This document shows, piece after piece, positions 62,880-64,000 of a DNA stretch of 64,000 bases. Both the position numbers and the translations under genes were made by a program. Source of the DNA: Malacoraja senta (lineage: Eukaryota); the NCBI GenBank assembly GCA_038087875.1, contig CM075983.1, positions 16,926,001 through 16,990,000 on the forward strand, written 5' to 3'. The notes beneath the pieces are model-generated. The model made no database searches. It saw only the letters and a list, made by a program, of their open reading frames with translations, and had not been told where the DNA came from. The first letter of the stretch is position 1. Each line of letters starts with the position of its first letter.

Positions 62880-63500
62880 TAGAAACATCGAAAATAGGTG
62901 CAGGAGTAGGCCATTCAGCCCTTCAAGCCAGCACCGCTTATCAATATGATCATGGCTGATCATCCAAAATCAGTAGCCCGTTCCTACTTTTCCCCCATAT
63001 CCCTTGATTCCGTTAGCCCTAAGAGCTATATCTAACTCTCTCTTGAAAACATCCAGTGAATTGGCCTCCACTGCCTTCTGTGGCAGAGAATTCCACAGAT
63101 TCACAACTCTCTGGGTGAAAAACATTCCTCATCTCAGTCCTAAATGGCCTACCCCTTATTCTTACATTGTGACCCCCTAGTTCTGGACACCCCCAACATC
63201 GGGAACATTTTTCGTGCATCTAGCCTGTCCAATCGCTTAAGAATTTTAAGAAGGAACTGCAGATGCTGGAAAATTGAAGGTAGACAAAAATGCTGGAGAA
63301 ACTAAGTGGGTGAGGCAGCATCTATGGAGTGAAGGAAATAGGCAACGTTTCGGGCCAAAACCCTTCTTCAGTCTGAAGAAAGGTTTTGGCCCAAAACATT
63401 GCCTATTTCCTTCGCTCCATAGATGCTGCCTCACCTGCTGAGTTTCTCCAGCACTTTTGTCTAACTTAAGAATTTTACATGTTTCTATAAGATCCCCATA
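62880..63500 (-). mobile_element. CR1-type LINE 3' fragment interrupted by a Penelope-derived palindrome (63249-63464)
   Basis: Near-identical to 47250-47620; 13-bp TSD CTTAAGAATTTTA around the insert. Confidence 0.88.
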
Positions 63501-64000
63501 GACAGTAATGGAGGATAAATATGAAGAGGCCATAGGAACTACCTCAATGGATATAAAGGATACTACTAGCATTCTTCAATCTTTTAGAAACCCGGATGAA
63601 AATGTTGATGCCTTGAAGTACAACCGAGTAAGAGTCTGTAAAATCATTGTTGCTGCCTCCATCCATTACAACAGCATGCCGAGTGGGTAGCTGAAGTCAT
63701 GAAAAGGTCATGAGAGCCTTCCTCATTGTCGTATTCATAGTTCAGTGAACATGCTGATGAAGAAGGCCATCCATCAAGTTTGTACAGAAAATTGAACGAG
63801 GGAATCATTAGACTGTCTTAGAGAAAAGAGGCATCAAGCAATAGCCAAATACTTTCAGTAAATAAGAAATGAGCATTCATTTTTAATAATGTTGTGGCTT
63901 TTCACTCTCTATATCAATGAGGCCCCTATGCCTTCTGAGCCTGACCTTCGAACTCTGATATAGCAACAATTATTTTCTTCATGATATAGTCTTAATTCGA

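Noticed and set aside
35577-64000. Next NLGN3 exon (GFLSTGDQAAKGNYGLLDQ...)
   Set aside because: Not seen; the intron apparently extends beyond the window.

Overview
Eukaryotic DNA, almost certainly from a cartilaginous fish (skate/ray-type repeat content, inferred). The window lies inside the neuroligin-3 gene (+ strand). Only two coding exons are visible: the 60-nt alternative A2 exon (30323-30382) and the next 150-nt exon (35427-35576). The rest is intron packed with transposons: a class-I ERV lacking protease and RT (6062-11580, -), a self-priming Tf1/sushi chromovirus (19204-23944, -), a Tc1 element, four Harbinger-type MITEs, a non-autonomous Helitron, Penelope fragments, CR1/Rex/RTE LINE pieces and tRNA-SINEs. 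Most ORFs in the track are spurious. The notable signals are non-coding RNA machinery inside the repeats: (i) a ~135-bp retroposon whose first 54 nt form a minimal HDV-like ribozyme starting exactly at the insertion boundary; (ii) dispersed Penelope-type dimeric hammerhead motifs, some as stand-alone ~100-220-bp inserts with 13-bp TSDs; (iii) an ERV that carries, in place of env, a splice-ready ORF for a small secreted Cys-rich glycoprotein plus a 5x palindromic splice-donor array in its leader; (iv) SVA-like composite retroposons with GC-rich VNTRs. All family assignments come from motif recognition, not database searches.
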